A stretch of 64,000 nt of DNA, taken from NCBI GenBank assembly GCA_963775125.1, contig CAVZHQ010000007.1:488059-552058 (forward strand), written 5' to 3'. Within the stretch, counting starts at the first letter, position 1. Each line of letters starts with the position of its first letter. The notes under the pieces are model-generated. The model ran no database searches and was not told where the DNA came from. It worked only from the letters and a program-made list of their open reading frames with translations. The translations under genes were made by a program, and so were the position numbers. Shown here piece by piece: positions 49,428 through 59,992 of this stretch. The stretch comes from an uncultured Acidimicrobiales bacterium. GTDB taxonomy: Bacteria > Actinomycetota > Acidimicrobiia > Acidimicrobiales > SZUA-35.

Positions 49428-50330
49428 GTGCAGGACCGGGTGAGTAGGCAGCGCCGTTTGCTCGAATTGGGGTCAGCGCTCGTTCGGCCCTTGCCGATCG
49501 GGCTGCTGGATCGACTCGGTTCGGGAATCGGTCGGCTTGTGCTACGTCGGTCGCCGGAACGGGGTCGGGGCCTGGCGGCAAACCTGACCCGCGTGCTTCC
49601 CGAAGCCTCGGCGGCCGAGATCGACCGACTCGTTGCCGACGGCTTTGCGTCCTACGGGCGGTATTGGGGCGAGACGCTGCGGCTGCCCGGGCTCGGGCCG
49701 TCGATCATCGATCGCCGGTTCTCGGTTGCGGGCCGGGAGCATCTACTCGCCACTCGCCAGGCCGGGTTCGGCCCCATTGTGGTGCTGCCCCACCTGGGTG
49801 GCTGGGAGTGGGCCGCCGCGTGGTTGACCCGGGTCGACAAGATCCCCGTGTCCGCGGTCGTCGAACGGCTGCAGCCCGACGACGTCTTCGAGTGGTTCAC
49901 TGCGCTCCGCGCTTCGTACGGAATCAATGTGATCCCGCTCGGCCCCGGCTCGTTCAGCTCCCTCACCGCGGCAGTCAAGGACAAGGATGTGGTCTGTCTG
50001 TTGGGCGACCGAGATCTGACGACCAGCGGAACCGTCGTCGAGTTCTTCGGCGCCCCGGCATCGTTGCCGACTGGGCCGGCGATGTTGTCGCTTCGGACCG
50101 GGGCACCGATCCACGTCACGGCGGTCTACTTCACCGAACACGGTCATCACTGCATCGTCGGATCCCCCATCTGGCCCGAACGCAAGGGACGCCTCCGCGA
50201 CGACGCCGTGGCCCTGACGCAACGCTGCGCGAGCGAGCTCGAGCCACTGATCCGACGGGCGCCGGAGCAGTGGCACGTACTCGAACCGCTCTGGGACACC
50301 GGGAAAGGACCGTCGTGCGAGTCGGCATGA
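49428..50330 (+). CDS. patA: Lipid A-biosynthesis-type (HtrB/LpxL family) acyltransferase, PIM acyltransferase-like
   Basis: VVLPHLGGWEWAAAW (H-x4-E/D region) and LGDRDL...FFGAPASLPTGPAMLSLRTGAPI. Position matches Rv2611c. Confidence 0.8.
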   Translation: MQDRVSRQRRLLELGSALVRPLPIGLLDRLGSGIGRLVLRRSPERGRGLAANLTRVLPEASAAEIDRLVADGFASYGRYWGETLRLPGLGPSIIDRRFSVAGREHLLATRQAGFGPIVVLPHLGGWEWAAAWLTRVDKIPVSAVVERLQPDDVFEWFTALRASYGINVIPLGPGSFSSLTAAVKDKDVVCLLGDRDLTTSGTVVEFFGAPASLPTGPAMLSLRTGAPIHVTAVYFTEHGHHCIVGSPIWPERKGRLRDDAVALTQRCASELEPLIRRAPEQWHVLEPLWDTGKGPSCESA

Positions 50331-51400
50331 TCTGTCCCTACAGCCTCGGATTGTGGGGCGGAGTGCAGTCCCAGGTGCTCGGTCTTGCCCGAACGTTGCG
50401 ACGTGACGGGGTCGATGTCCAGGTGCTCGCTCCCTGCGACGGACTCCCGCCCGAACCGTGGGTGACCCCGTTGGGCAACTCGATGCCCTACGCCCAGAAC
50501 GGTTCCCTGGCTCCCGTTGCCCCCGATCCGGCGGCTCAGCTTCGCGTGCTGCGTGCCATCTGGGACGATCGCTTCGACCTGCTCCACCTCCACGAACCGC
50601 TTGCGCCGGGGCCAACGCTGACGAGCATCGTCGTGAAGCCGGTGCCCCTCATCGGCACGTTCCACGCCAGCGGTGAGATTGCGGCGTATCGCTATCTCCG
50701 CCCGTTGCTCCGGAGGCTGACCAGCCGGCTCGACATCCGTGTGGCGGTATCGGCCGAGGCCTCGGGGATGGTGCAGCGACACCTCGACGCCACCTGCGAG
50801 GTGCTGTTCAACGGTGTCGAGACGGCTCGGTTCGCCGCAACCGCCGAGCGTCCATCCCGCAGACGGGCGTCTGGTCGACCGGCGGCGCTGTTCCTCGCAC
50901 GGCACGAACCGCGAAAGGGCTTGTCGGTCTTTCTCGAAGCCGGGGCTCATTTGCCGGCGGACATCGAACTGTGGGTTGGCGGGTCAGGTCCCGAGACCGC
51001 TCGGCTGCGCGCTCTGCACGCCAACGATGCGCGCATCCACTGGCTCGGCGATCTGAACGAGGAGGAGAAGTCGCAGCGGTTGCTCGATGCCGATGTGTTC
51101 TGTGTTCCGTCGTTGGGCGGTGAGAGCTTCGGCGTGGTCCTGCTCGAAGCCATGGCGGCGGGCACGCCCGTCGTGGCCAGCGATCTCGAGGCCTACCGGC
51201 TGACCAGCCGGGACGGCCTCGATGCGCGGCTCTTCTCGACGGGTGACGCAAGGCAGCTGGCGGAGTCGATCATGGACGCGGTCGACCGTGGCCCGACGGT
51301 GGTCGAGATGGTCGCGTCGGGTCATCGACGGGCCGACGAGTTCTCGATGGATCGCCTGGCCAGTGCGTACCTGGAGCGGTACGAACGTCTCGTGCCCTGA
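50315..51400 (+). CDS. pimA: Phosphatidylinositol alpha-mannosyltransferase (GT4)
   Basis: Start at GTG 50315 gives VRVGMICPYSLGLWGGVQSQV. C-terminal GESFGVVLLEAMAAGTPVVASDL. The upstream part of track ORF 49664.. is non-coding shadow. Confidence 0.85.
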   Translation: MRVGMICPYSLGLWGGVQSQVLGLARTLRRDGVDVQVLAPCDGLPPEPWVTPLGNSMPYAQNGSLAPVAPDPAAQLRVLRAIWDDRFDLLHLHEPLAPGPTLTSIVVKPVPLIGTFHASGEIAAYRYLRPLLRRLTSRLDIRVAVSAEASGMVQRHLDATCEVLFNGVETARFAATAERPSRRRASGRPAALFLARHEPRKGLSVFLEAGAHLPADIELWVGGSGPETARLRALHANDARIHWLGDLNEEEKSQRLLDADVFCVPSLGGESFGVVLLEAMAAGTPVVASDLEAYRLTSRDGLDARLFSTGDARQLAESIMDAVDRGPTVVEMVASGHRRADEFSMDRLASAYLERYERLVP

Positions 51401-51420
51401 GCCGCCGCGTCCGGGATAGG

Positions 51421-52272
51421 ATGCGGCGACCATTCGTGCCCTCCGAACCAGGAGTTCCTGCCCTGAGCGCTGACCTCGAAAAGCCTGCCCGATCGAACCG
51501 ATCACTCGGCATGTTGCTTGTCGTCGGCGCAGTGTTCGCAGTACCTCTGGCAGTGCTACTGGGTGTGGTCTGCCTGGCCGCCGGCCTCCCGTGGTGGATC
51601 GGCGTGGTCGTGGGTTTTGCGATCGCCGCCCTCATTCTCTGGCGTCGGGTACAAACCGCCGATGTACGTATCCTCGAGCCCTTTGCCGGGCGCACGGCAG
51701 GCGCCTCGACGGATCCGGTCGCGGCGGCCCGATTCGAGAACCTCGTCGAAGGCCTGTGCCTGTCGATCGGTGTGTCGGAGCCCAAACTCCTCGTTGTGTC
51801 CGACCCGGCCCGCAACGCAATGGCCGTCGCCCGGAACGATCGGCAGACGCTGGTTGTCACCGACTCGCTGCTCACCGATCTCCGGCGCATCGAACTCGAG
51901 GGAGTTGTCGCCGAGCTGCTGGTTCGGCTGCGCAGCGGCGATGCCGAGCGGGCCACGGTCATGGCCGCGTTGGTGGGCGGGTTGCTTCTCGACTCGCCGC
52001 TCGGCGCGGTCACTCGTCCGCTGGCCGCTCGCCTGATGCGCCAAATGCTCGACCACTATCGTGACGTCACCGCCGATCAACAAGCGGTGGCGGTGACCCG
52101 CTATCCGCCGGGCCTCCTGGCCGGGTTGGAGCGAATTGGAACCGGGCCGGTCCTGCCGGCAGGAGCGACGCCGGGCACCGACCATCTATGGATGGTGCCG
52201 CCGCCCCGTGCGGCCGACTTGTTCGACTTTGCGCCCCTCGAATGGCGCATCGACATTCTCATGGAGAGCTGA
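51421..52272 (+). CDS. HtpX/M48-like membrane protein with degenerate active site (pseudopeptidase)
   Basis: Two TM helices, then PARNAMAVARNDRQTLVVTDSLLTDLRRIELEGVVAELLVRLRSGD. This is colinear with HtpX ...NAFATG...ELEGVLAHELSHIKNGD, but the HExxH motif is replaced by ELLVR. Confidence 0.55.
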   Translation: MRRPFVPSEPGVPALSADLEKPARSNRSLGMLLVVGAVFAVPLAVLLGVVCLAAGLPWWIGVVVGFAIAALILWRRVQTADVRILEPFAGRTAGASTDPVAAARFENLVEGLCLSIGVSEPKLLVVSDPARNAMAVARNDRQTLVVTDSLLTDLRRIELEGVVAELLVRLRSGDAERATVMAALVGGLLLDSPLGAVTRPLAARLMRQMLDHYRDVTADQQAVAVTRYPPGLLAGLERIGTGPVLPAGATPGTDHLWMVPPPRAADLFDFAPLEWRIDILMES

Positions 52273-53352
52273 ATGACGGACCCGCGGCGGTCAACCCTGT
52301 TCGGATCCATCGTGGTTGCCACCGGCCTCCTGCTGGGAGCGTGTAGCGGAGGTGGGGGAGACGCAGCGCAACCGGTCAGCACCACTCCGCAGTCCACACA
52401 ACCATCGACGACCTCGACCTCGGCGCCGACAACGACCACCAGCACGACGGAGCCGCCCACTACGCAACCTGCAGGGCCTCCGGCACCGCTCACCGGTTTG
52501 CCAGACGGCGACACCGACCTGAATCGGCCGGCGTTGGCCGTCAAGATCGACAATCACCGAGACTCCCGTCCGCCCGCCGGCATCGAGTTCGCCGATCTGG
52601 TCTTCGAGAGTCGAGCCGAGGGCGTGACCCGGTTCATGGCGGTCTTTCACTCCGACACCCCCGCAGTCCTCGGCCCGGTTCGCTCCAGTCGCACCACCGA
52701 CTTCAGTCTCGTGGCTGCCTTGGATCGTCCGCTGTACGCATCGTCGGGGGGAAACGCAGCAGTGCTGAGCGGCCTGCGCAAACAGCCGGTGTACGCCGTC
52801 ACTGCAGCGAGCGAGAGCGTCTACTACCGCGAGCCCTCGCGGCGAGGCCCCCACAACCTGTTCGTCGACGCCAACGATCTCTTCGCCCTGGCCCCCGAGG
52901 ACGCGACGCCGCCAGCGCCCTGGTTCCAGTATCGAGGCGCGGCTGACGAGCCGTCAGGCAGTCCGGTGAGCGGCGAGATCGTCGTCAGTTTCCGCAACGC
53001 CCCGATCGTCGGGCTGCAATGGGACGCCTCGGCCAACGGCTGGGCTCGGTCCCAGGACGGCGCCGCCCACGTGACCGAGGCCGGGGCGCGCCTTGCGCCG
53101 GCCAACGTCGTGATCATGGTCGCCAAGTACAAGCGAAGTTCGGCCGACCCCAACTCGCCCGAACTGATCTCGACCGGGGAAGGCGACCTCTACGTCCTGA
53201 CCGCCGGCAACGTCATCGAGGGGTCCTGGAGCCGACCCGATCACTCGGACAAGCCGACCTTGCTCGACGAGGACGGCGAGCCGATCCTGCTCACGCCCGG
53301 TCAGACCTGGATCCTGTACCCCGAGGCCGACTCGACCACGCTCCCTTCGTAG
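52273..53352 (+). CDS. DUF3048-family lipoprotein
   Basis: Lipobox LLLGAC and a Thr/Ser/Pro linker, then PLTGLP...RPALAVKIDNHRDSRPPAGIEFADLVFESRAEGVTRFMAVFHS. Confidence 0.7.
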   Translation: MTDPRRSTLFGSIVVATGLLLGACSGGGGDAAQPVSTTPQSTQPSTTSTSAPTTTTSTTEPPTTQPAGPPAPLTGLPDGDTDLNRPALAVKIDNHRDSRPPAGIEFADLVFESRAEGVTRFMAVFHSDTPAVLGPVRSSRTTDFSLVAALDRPLYASSGGNAAVLSGLRKQPVYAVTAASESVYYREPSRRGPHNLFVDANDLFALAPEDATPPAPWFQYRGAADEPSGSPVSGEIVVSFRNAPIVGLQWDASANGWARSQDGAAHVTEAGARLAPANVVIMVAKYKRSSADPNSPELISTGEGDLYVLTAGNVIEGSWSRPDHSDKPTLLDEDGEPILLTPGQTWILYPEADSTTLPS

Positions 53353-53432
53353 GGTCTCGCCCCTCTGATTGCTGGTCGAAAAGTGGCCTGCTGCTGACCG
53401 ACCACCTTGAGGGCGCTGCATAGACTTCGGCC

Positions 53433-54371
53433 ATGTCGAACACGCCTGCATCAGATTCCTCCCTTCAAGAGAGCCGGGCCGCCGGCACAGACTCCCGGGC
53501 CGCTGGGACCATGCGGGTGAAGCGTGGTCTGGCCGAGATGCTCAAGGGCGGCGTGATCATGGACGTGGTCACCCCCGAGCAGGCCAAGATCGCCGAGGAC
53601 GCCGGAGCGGTGGCGGTCATGGCCCTCGAGCGGGTGCCGGCCGATATCCGGGTGGACGGAGGCGTCGCCCGCATGAGCGACCCCGAGATGATCGAAGGCA
53701 TCAAGGCCGTCACCACCATTCCCGTCATGGCCAAGGCCCGCATCGGGCACTTCGTCGAAGCCCAGATCCTCGAAGCGCTCGGCGTCGACTACGTCGACGA
53801 GTCCGAGGTGCTGACCCCCGCCGACGAGACGCATCACATCGACAAGTTCGCGTTCACCGTGCCGTTCGTCTGCGGCGCAACCAACCTGGGTGAGGCCCTG
53901 CGTCGCATCTCCGAGGGGGCCTGCATGATCCGCTCGAAGGGCGAGGCCGGCACCGGCAACGTGGTCGAGGCCGTGCGTCATCTGCGATCGATCCTCGGGG
54001 ACATCCGCAAGATCACCCAGGCCGACAACGCCGAACTGTTCCAGTGGGCCAAGCACCTGCAGGCGCCGCTGCCGCTCGTTCAGGAAATCGCCGAGACCGG
54101 CAAACTGCAGGTGCCCCTCTTCTGCGCCGGTGGTCTGGCCACCCCAGCCGACGCGGCCCTCGCCATGCAGCTCGGCGCAGAGTCGGTCTTCGTCGGGTCC
54201 GGCATCTTCAAGAGTGACAATCCCGCGCTTCGGGCCAAGGCGATCGTCGAAGCCGTCACCAACTACAACGACCCCGCAATCCTGGCCAAGGTCAGCCGCG
54301 GGCTCGGCGCGCCCATGACCGGCATCGGCATGGATGCCATCAACACCAAGTTCGCCGAGCGCGGCTGGTGA
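53433..54371 (+). CDS. pdxS: Pyridoxal 5'-phosphate synthase, lyase subunit
   Basis: [27 protein letters not shown] and [18 protein letters not shown]. The N-terminus has a short SRAAGT duplication. Confidence 0.95.
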   Translation: MSNTPASDSSLQESRAAGTDSRAAGTMRVKRGLAEMLKGGVIMDVVTPEQAKIAEDAGAVAVMALERVPADIRVDGGVARMSDPEMIEGIKAVTTIPVMAKARIGHFVEAQILEALGVDYVDESEVLTPADETHHIDKFAFTVPFVCGATNLGEALRRISEGACMIRSKGEAGTGNVVEAVRHLRSILGDIRKITQADNAELFQWAKHLQAPLPLVQEIAETGKLQVPLFCAGGLATPADAALAMQLGAESVFVGSGIFKSDNPALRAKAIVEAVTNYNDPAILAKVSRGLGAPMTGIGMDAINTKFAERGW

Positions 54372-54955
54372 CCACGGTCGGCGTCCTTGCCCTGCAGGGA
54401 GCCTTTGCCCGCCACGTCGAAGCGTTGCGGCGTTGCGGCGTCGACGCCCAGGAGGTCCGCACCGCAGCGCAACTCGACGCGGTCGATGCGTTGGTGCTGC
54501 CCGGAGGCGAATCGACGACCATTTCCAAACTGTTGGTCTCCAACGAGTTGGGTGATCCCCTGGCCGAGCGGCTCGAGCGGGGCATGCCCGTGTTCGGCAC
54601 GTGTGCCGGCATGATCCTGTTGGCGACCGAGGTGCTCGACGGTCGCACCGACCAACGGAGCTTCGGCGCCATCGACCTCTCGGTCCGGCGGAATGCCTAC
54701 GGCCGCCAGGTCGACTCCTTCGAGGCCGACCTCGACATCGACGGTCTCGTCGGCGGGCCCTACCGCGCCGTCTTCATTCGGGCGCCTGGGGTCGAGCGGG
54801 TCGGACCGGGCGTCGAGGTTCTCGCGTCGGTCGATGACCGTCCGGTCCTGTGTTCCCAGGGTTCGGTGCTCGTGGCATCGTTCCATCCCGAGCTGACCGA
54901 CGACGACCGGCTGCACCAGCGATTCCTCGCACTCTTCCTCGATGTGGCCGTCTAG
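54368..54955 (+). CDS. pdxT: Pyridoxal 5'-phosphate synthase, glutaminase subunit
   Basis: [10 protein letters not shown], the nucleophile in [10 protein letters not shown], and ASFHPELT. The start overlaps the pdxS stop. Confidence 0.9.
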   Translation: MTTVGVLALQGAFARHVEALRRCGVDAQEVRTAAQLDAVDALVLPGGESTTISKLLVSNELGDPLAERLERGMPVFGTCAGMILLATEVLDGRTDQRSFGAIDLSVRRNAYGRQVDSFEADLDIDGLVGGPYRAVFIRAPGVERVGPGVEVLASVDDRPVLCSQGSVLVASFHPELTDDDRLHQRFLALFLDVAV

Positions 54956-54994
54956 GCTGCCCACGTCTCGGACCAACTCATCCACGAGGTTCTC

Positions 54995-55748
54995 ATGTCG
55001 GGCCATTCCAAATGGGCAACGATCAAGCACAAGAAGGGTGCCGCCGACATCAAGCGGGGCAAGCTCTTCGCCAAGCTGATCAAGCAGGTCGAGGTAGCGG
55101 CACGAAGCGGCGGCGGCGACCCGGAGTCGAACCCGAATCTGCGGACGATGTTCCAGAAGGCCAGGGACAACTCGGTGCCGCTGGACACCATCGAACGGGC
55201 GGTCAAACGGGGTACCGGTGAACTGGCCGGCGTCAGCTACGAGTCGATCACCTATGAGGGCTACGGGCCCGGTGGCGTTGCCTTGCTGATCGAGACGCTC
55301 TCCGACAACCGCAACCGCACCGGGTCCGAGATCCGGTCGCTGCTCTCGAAGAACGGCGGGTCGATGGCCGAGCCCGGTTCGGTCGCGTGGCAGTTCGAGC
55401 GCAAGGGTTACCTCAACGTGGCCCGGGCCGCCGACGAGGATGACGTGATGACGGTCGGCCTCGACAACGGAGCAGAGGACATCGAAGACCACGGTGAGTG
55501 GTGGAGGGTCACGTGTGCCGCCACCGACACGCAACCGCTGCGTTTGGCGCTCGAAGAAGCGGGCATCGAGGTGCTCGAATCCGACACCCTCATGATGCCC
55601 TCCAACACCGTCCCAGTCGGCACGTCGGCCGACGCCGAGCGCGGTCCTGAAGCTCGTCGACCTGCTCGACGATCACGAGGACGTCCAGGAGATCTACTCC
55701 AACATCGACATCCCCGACGACGTTCTGGCCCAGTTGGGTGACGAGTGA
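54995..55748 (+). pseudogene. yebC: YebC/PmpR-family transcriptional regulator; +1 frame break near 55640 (or sequencing indel)
   Basis: MSGHSKWATIKHKKGAADIKRGKLFAKL... is intact up to ...SADAE. The conserved tail [35 protein letters not shown] is in the +1 frame and ends at 55748. Confidence 0.85.
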
Positions 55749-55755
55749 TGGCCCG

Positions 55756-56625
55756 CTAGATTCCGCCGGCGACGCCGAGCAGGCGTGACCGGGTCACCGA
55801 GCGCATGCCCCGGGTGAGGCTCACGATGGCGAGCAGCCAGGCCAGACCGCCGAGCACGTACGGCAGGTAGCCGGCGCCGAACAGCACCCCGGTCGACTGC
55901 GAGTAGGCGATCATGATGAGGGGAAGGCTGACGAGGCCTGATGCCTGTTGGGCCGCTGCGGTCGACTGCACCTTGGCCGAGAGGCGAAGCACGAGCGAAA
56001 GGCAGATGGCCAGGAACGGCGGCAGCACCCAGAGAATCATGACCCACCACTGGAACGTCGGGAAGAACCAGCCGCCGACCTCGGGCCCGACGGTCACGTT
56101 CACGATCAACGAGTAGGCGCCGAAGCCGACCGCCGTCGTCACATAGCCCGGGATCAGACTGGCGATCAGCTTGCCGAGATAGATCTCCCGCACGCCGGCA
56201 GGGGAGTGGGCCAGGAACTCGCCGGTTCCGCGTTCGCGTTCACCGACGATGGTGGCGGCACCCACCGCCGTCGAGATGGTGAGCGGAACGATGACGGCGA
56301 CGGGGGCGAACAGGAACACGGCCAGGGCATAGGCTGTCTGGCCTTCGGGGGTCGAGCCCCTGATCTGGTCCTGCGCGGCCTGGGGTAACACCTCGAGCGT
56401 CTGGGAGATCTGGCCGACGACCTCGACGTTGCCGATGTTCGTGATCGTGACCAGCAGGATCGTGGGGATGATCACGAAGAAGAAGCTGCCCAGAATGGTC
56501 ATCGGAAGCCAGAAGTCGCGGGCCTGGATGAGTTGCTTCAGGTCGGTGCGGGCGACCGTACGTACCTGACCCCAGTCGAAGGAGCCCGGTCGGCGGCCGG
56601 TCGTGGGTTTGAGGGCGACAGTCAT
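55756..56625 (-). CDS. ABC-2 type transporter permease
   Basis: 289 aa with six hydrophobic helices, directly downstream of the ATPase gene. Confidence 0.8.
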   Translation of the reverse strand: MTVALKPTTGRRPGSFDWGQVRTVARTDLKQLIQARDFWLPMTILGSFFFVIIPTILLVTITNIGNVEVVGQISQTLEVLPQAAQDQIRGSTPEGQTAYALAVFLFAPVAVIVPLTISTAVGAATIVGERERGTGEFLAHSPAGVREIYLGKLIASLIPGYVTTAVGFGAYSLIVNVTVGPEVGGWFFPTFQWWVMILWVLPPFLAICLSLVLRLSAKVQSTAAAQQASGLVSLPLIMIAYSQSTGVLFGAGYLPYVLGGLAWLLAIVSLTRGMRSVTRSRLLGVAGGI

Positions 56626-56633
56626 GGGATCTC

Positions 56634-57669
56634 CTATCGGGCCATCTCGGCGGAGCGGGTGCGGGTTGGGCGGCCGGTTGCGTCGGGGGGTGGCGGAATC
56701 TCGTCCGCGCTGGAGCCGACGGAACGGCGGACCGCGAAGTAGAGGTCTTCGAGCGTCGGATCGAAGGGGCGAACGGCAAGGATCGTGGCGCCGGCATTGA
56801 CCAACTGGGCGATCAGACCGGGCACGAGGTCGAGCGACGACAGCGACAGTTCGGCGGTTGCTCCCTTGCCGGACGGGTCAGTCCGTGCGCTGGTAGCCGA
56901 CCACGCCGGGTGCAGTGGCCAAGCGGTCCAGCATCGCAGGCTCGAGCGCCGTGATGCGCACGATCGAGTTCGGCCAGTACTGGCGGGAGAGTTCGCTCGG
57001 GGCGCCCCAGACCAGACTCGTGCCGTGCTGCATGATCACCACTTCGTCCGCCAGACCCTCGGCCTCCAGCAGGAGGTGGGTGCACATCAGCACGGTCCGT
57101 CCCTGGGTCGTCATGTCCCGGATCAGTTCGAGCACGGCAAGCGCGGACTCGGGGTCGAGGCCCGAGGTCGGCTCGTCGAGGAGGAGAAGGTCGGGCTGAT
57201 GCAGCACCGACCGAGCAAGCGCAAGGCGGGTTTTCATGCCGGTCGAATAGGCGCCGACTTGATGATCCAGTGCCTGATCGATGCCGAACTGGGCTGCCGC
57301 GTCCCGGATCCGAGCCTCCGACGCCGTGCCACGGCCGAGCCCGTAGAGCTCGGCTGCGTATCGCAGGTTGTCCCACCCGCTCAATCGGTCGTAGAGCGAC
57401 GGCTTGGCCGACACGACGCCGCAGCGTCGTCGGACCTCCTCGCCCTCTTTGGACCCCGGATCGATGCCGAACACCGACACCGCGCCCTGGTCGGGCGTGA
57501 GCGCACCGGTGATCATTCGGATGGCTGTGGTCTTGCCGGCGCCGTTCGGTCCGAGCAGGACCGTGATGCTGCCGCGAGGCACCTCGATGGTCAGGTTGGT
57601 CAACGCCTGCACGTCGCCGAACCAGCGGCTGACGTTGGCCACGTTGACCACGAGTTCAGATGAGTTCAC
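56634..57669 (-). pseudogene. ABC transporter ATP-binding protein; +1 frame break at ~56880-56890 (or sequencing indel)
   Basis: From GTG 57669. GPNGAGKTT, YSTGMKTRL and LLLLDEPTSGLD. The main frame stops at ...GYQRTD* (56878). The +1 frame continues DPSGKGATAELSLSSLDLVPGLIAQLVNAGATILAVRPFDPTLEDLYFAV, the usual C-terminal domain of this ATPase family (ORF 56634..56825). Confidence 0.75.
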
Positions 57670-57789
57670 CCAGCAGCTATCGGCAGGCAATCCGCAACCT
57701 GTAGCGAGGGAGCGTCGGAAAGCCCGTCGGAGCGCTGGTGTGAGAACCGATGCACCACCTGACCGGCTGGAGCCGATAGCTTCGTACGC

Positions 57790-58305
57790 GTGTTCGTGCT
57801 CGGTATCGACCCAGGTCTGACCCGTTGTGGCTATGCGGTCATCGAACCCGGGCCACGCGGTGGCGGCGTTGCCCGTTCGCTCGGCGTGCTCTCCACCGAC
57901 CCCTCCCACAAGCTGGCCAACCGGCTGGCCGACCTCCGCCGAGATCTCACCGAGCTGTTCGACGAATTCCGTCCCTCGGTGGTCGCCATCGAGCGAGTCT
58001 TCTTCCAGCAGAACGTCCAGACCGCGGTGAGTGTGGCCCAGGCCGCCGGCCTGGCGATGGCCGAAGGAGCCAGTCGGGGATTACCCGTCGTCGACTACTC
58101 ACCCTCGCAGATCAAGTCGGCCGTGGCCGGTGATGGGCGGGCCGACAAGCGGCAGATGCAAGAGATGGTGCGGACCTTGCTTGGACTGGCTGCCACGCCG
58201 CAGCCGCCCGACGCGGCTGACGCAGCTGCGGTTGCGTTGTGCCACCTGGCCCATGACCCCACGGGACGTATGGGTCGTCTGGTTCCGATGGGACGCACAC
58301 GATGA
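57790..58305 (+). CDS. ruvC: Holliday junction resolvase
   Basis: VLGIDPGLTRCGYAVI, VAIERVFFQQN and DAADAAAVALCH. Confidence 0.9.
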   Translation: MFVLGIDPGLTRCGYAVIEPGPRGGGVARSLGVLSTDPSHKLANRLADLRRDLTELFDEFRPSVVAIERVFFQQNVQTAVSVAQAAGLAMAEGASRGLPVVDYSPSQIKSAVAGDGRADKRQMQEMVRTLLGLAATPQPPDAADAAAVALCHLAHDPTGRMGRLVPMGRTR

Positions 58306-58926
58306 TCGGATCGTTGCGCGGACGCGTGATGGGTCGAACCAGTCCCACCGAGAAGTCCGTCGCCGGCGAGGCGCTCGTCGAGGTCGCCGGAGTGGGGTAC
58401 CGGGTGACGGTCACGACGTCGACCCTTTCGCGCGTCGTCAATGACACCGAGGTCTTCCTCCACATTCATCACCATTTCTGGGAGAACGATCAGCGCCTGT
58501 ACGGATTCTTCTCCCGGGAGGAGCGAGACGCGTTCGAGGGTCTCCTCGGAGCCCACAAGGTCGGCCCTGCGTTGGCGTTGGCCATCATCGGCACCTATCC
58601 ACCCAACGAGTTGGCGATGGTGCTGGCCACCGACGACGTCGCCGCGCTGTGTCTGGTCCCGGGGGTCGGCGCCAAGACGGCACAGCGGCTGCTGGTCGAT
58701 CTCAAGAGCACCTTGGTGCCGCTTGCTCGACACCCCTGCTCATGCTGCGCCCATCGACCTCACCAACGGAGAACAGCGGGCCAGGGCCGACGTCAAGGAA
58801 GCCCTCACGAGCCTGGGTTACGGACCGGACGAGATCAAGCTGGCATTGGCCGCCGTCCCCTCGAACGCCGACGCGGACTCCGGCGCACTCCTGAAGCTGG
58901 CGTTGCGGGCGCTGGCCGGAGACTGA
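58302..58926 (+). pseudogene. ruvA: Holliday junction DNA helicase subunit RuvA; +1 frame break at ~58715-58745 (or sequencing indel)
   Basis: MIGSLRGRV...GVGYRV...LCLVPGVGAKTAQRLLVDLKS is in frame 0. Domain III (AAPIDLTNGEQRARADVKEALTSLGYGPDEIKLALAAV...) is in frame +1 (ORF 58441..58926). Confidence 0.85.
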
Positions 58927-58927
58927 C

Positions 58928-59992
58928 GTGCCCCGCGACGAATGGGTCGACCCCACCCCGATGGTCGTCGAACGGGCCGAACCGGTCCTGGACGACTCCG
59001 GCCTTCGGCCTCGGTCGCTCGAGGAGTTCGTCGGGCAGCGAGAGCTGAAGGAACGCCTCGCGGTGATGCTCGAAGCGGCCAGGGCTCGCGGCCAAGCGGC
59101 CGACCATCTGCTCTTCGGCGGACCACCTGGACTTGGCAAGACCACGTTGGCGGGCATCGTTGCCAATGAATTGGGCGCACATCTTCACGTGACCTCCGGA
59201 CCGGCAATCGAACGGGCGGGCGATCTCGCCGCAATCCTGACCAAGCTCGAGGCGGGCGACGTCCTGTTCATCGACGAGATCCACCGACTCCCGCGTCCGG
59301 TCGAGGAAGTCCTCTATCCCGCAATGGAGGACCTGCAGATCGACGTCATGCTCGGCAAGGGGCCGGCCGCCCGCAGCATCCGCTTCGATCTCGAACCCTT
59401 CACGTTGGTCGGGGCCACCACCCGCACCGGTCTCATCACCGGTCCATTGCGGGACCGCTTCGGGTTCTCCTTCCGGCTCGAGTTCTACGCGCCGGCCGAT
59501 CTCGAATCGATCGTGAGGCGAGCCGCCACCGTCCTCGGCGTCGAGATCACCCAGGAAGGCGCGTCCGAGATCGCACGCCGAAGCCGCGGTACTCCCCGAA
59601 TTGCCAACCGCCTCCTTCGTCGCGTCCGCGACTTTGCCGAGGTGCGTGGTAACGGAGTCCTCGATCAGGAATCGGCAGCCGACGGGCTTCATCTCTTCGG
59701 CATCGACGAACGCGGGCTGGACAAGGTCGATCGGTCGCTGCTCGAGAACCTCTGCCTGCACTTCAAGGGCGGTCCCGTCGGGTTGTCGACCCTGGCCATC
59801 AGCATCGCCGAGCCGACGGAAACCGTCGAGGACGTCATCGAGCCCTTCCTGATCCAGCAAGGTCTGCTCATGCGTACCCCCCGCGGCCGGGTTGCGCTGT
59901 CGGCGGCGTGGCAGCATCTCGGCCTCGAACCGCCGTCGGAACCACCAACCGTCGTCGACCTCGCGTCAGGCGAGGAAACCCTCTTCGGCTGA
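58928..59992 (+). CDS. ruvB: Holliday junction DNA helicase RuvB
   Basis: [12 protein letters not shown], Walker [12 protein letters not shown] and Walker [10 protein letters not shown], plus [15 protein letters not shown]. Confidence 0.95.
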   Translation: MPRDEWVDPTPMVVERAEPVLDDSGLRPRSLEEFVGQRELKERLAVMLEAARARGQAADHLLFGGPPGLGKTTLAGIVANELGAHLHVTSGPAIERAGDLAAILTKLEAGDVLFIDEIHRLPRPVEEVLYPAMEDLQIDVMLGKGPAARSIRFDLEPFTLVGATTRTGLITGPLRDRFGFSFRLEFYAPADLESIVRRAATVLGVEITQEGASEIARRSRGTPRIANRLLRRVRDFAEVRGNGVLDQESAADGLHLFGIDERGLDKVDRSLLENLCLHFKGGPVGLSTLAISIAEPTETVEDVIEPFLIQQGLLMRTPRGRVALSAAWQHLGLEPPSEPPTVVDLASGEETLFG

